From Octopus bimaculoides (Eukaryota), in assembly GCF_001194135.2 (NCBI RefSeq), contig NC_068984.1, forward strand, positions 24,260,809-24,324,244: a stretch of 63,436 nt of DNA, written 5' to 3'. Made by a program: the position numbers and the translations under genes. Shown piece by piece: positions 62,331-63,436 of this stretch. Numbering within the stretch: the stretch's first letter is position 1; the number at the start of each line of letters is the position of its first letter. The notes under the pieces were generated by a model that saw nothing but the letters and a program-made list of their open reading frames with translations, did no database searches and had not been told where the DNA came from.

Positions 62331-63291
62331 AAATATCAAATGTTAAAATGATAATGATGATTAAATGACAAAGCTGATATGATAATGTTAATGCTAAGCT
62401 GATAATGCTTTATATTTTTTAGTTTGTATTTGTTACTAGTAGATGGCTGTCCATAGATTTGCACAAAATTAGAATATATTAGCTTGATGAATTGCGCCAT
62501 GCTGAAATAGAGTTGAAAGAGTTACGCTAACATCAGTAGTTTCATGTTATTAAATTACAGTAAGTGATCTAGTGGTTTTATTTCCATCAAATACTAGATG
62601 ATGACAAGGTCAAAAAACTTTTTCCCACCAATTCCAGAGGATGTCATTAGAAGAAGATGCTTCTGATTATATGGTTATTACCAAATGTGGCAACAGGAAA
62701 GGAAAAAAAAAATACAATAATAATTGTGCAAAATAAATAAAGCTATAAGTCGGGTAAATGGAAACACAGAAGAGTTGACATTACAGATTTAGACAGAAAT
62801 ACAGGAAGGAATATGAGACAATTATGGAGAAACAAAAGTGTAAATATTTAAGGAGAGAACTGAAACAAAATGTAAAATAAACAATAGAATATATGTAGGG
62901 AAGTGAAGTTGAAGCAGTTTGGTTATATCATAATTTCAAATTTCTATACCACACACACACACACACACACACAAATAGGAGATGAATCCCATATCAATTT
63001 CAATAGTAAGTATTCCATTTATTCGATCAACTGATCTATCAATCTAATGTGTAGCAATGAAAGTAGGTGTGTATTCCACAGGCAGGTAATTTTAATATAT
63101 TCGGGTAAAAATCAGTGGGTGACAGATCTGACATTTAAAGTACAGATACAGTCCATCCTATGTATTTTCTGTCTACTAAATTTCAACTCACAAGGTTTAG
63201 ATCAACCTGATGCTATAATAAAACACACACACACGTTTTAATGAAATCAAACCAAATAATGATATTTTGAAAACATTTTATATATATATAT

Positions 63292-63436
63292 CGTATCAGG
63301 ACAATTACTCTTCATAAGACAATTCCTCCCAACGACAACTACTCACTATGACAATTACCTCCTTTAGTTAATTACCCCCTCTCCAATATATTAAGAAGTT
63401 TTAAATCATCATGTTGTCCTCAGGGGTAATTGTCCT
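63292..63436. mobile_element. Start of a fold-back/TIR element with GGACAATTAC subterminal repeats, truncated by the window end
   Basis: Four GACAA(T/C)T(A/C)C units on the plus strand, then the inverted unit GGGGTAATTGTCCT at 63423-63436. Confidence 0.5.

Overview
Eukaryotic, AT-rich and extremely repeat-dense DNA from a gapped short-read assembly, with nine N-runs that nearly all abut microsatellites. The repeat repertoire (tRNA-derived SINEs, (ATG)n-tailed RTE LINE ends, TA/CA/ATC microsatellites) looks like an octopus genome such as Octopus bimaculoides; this is inference from repeat content, not a database match. I cannot identify any host protein-coding gene. The only convincing long coding segment is the C-terminal GIY-YIG endonuclease of a Penelope-like retroelement (minus strand, about 7899-8390). 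The rest is SINEs of at least four architectures, many RTE/CR1-type LINE remnants, DNA-transposon MITEs (piggyBac-like TTAA, Tc1/mariner, Tigger, a TGT..ACA/4-bp-TSD Ginger-like MITE, a Helentron-type HINE) and simple repeats. A few small exon-like segments are possible but unproven. The most interesting unexplained structures are four long fold-back elements (one a perfect 77-bp-arm hairpin), most carrying degenerate hammerhead-ribozyme-like cores of the Penelope type, plus repeated piggyBac-MITE insertion into the same TTAA of a shared SINE tail. No CRISPR, rRNA or bona fide tRNA gene is supported. Most ORFs in the supplied track are artefacts of microsatellites or N-runs. Repeat boundaries and alignments were read by eye, and coordinates not fixed by a TSD or TIR are approximate.
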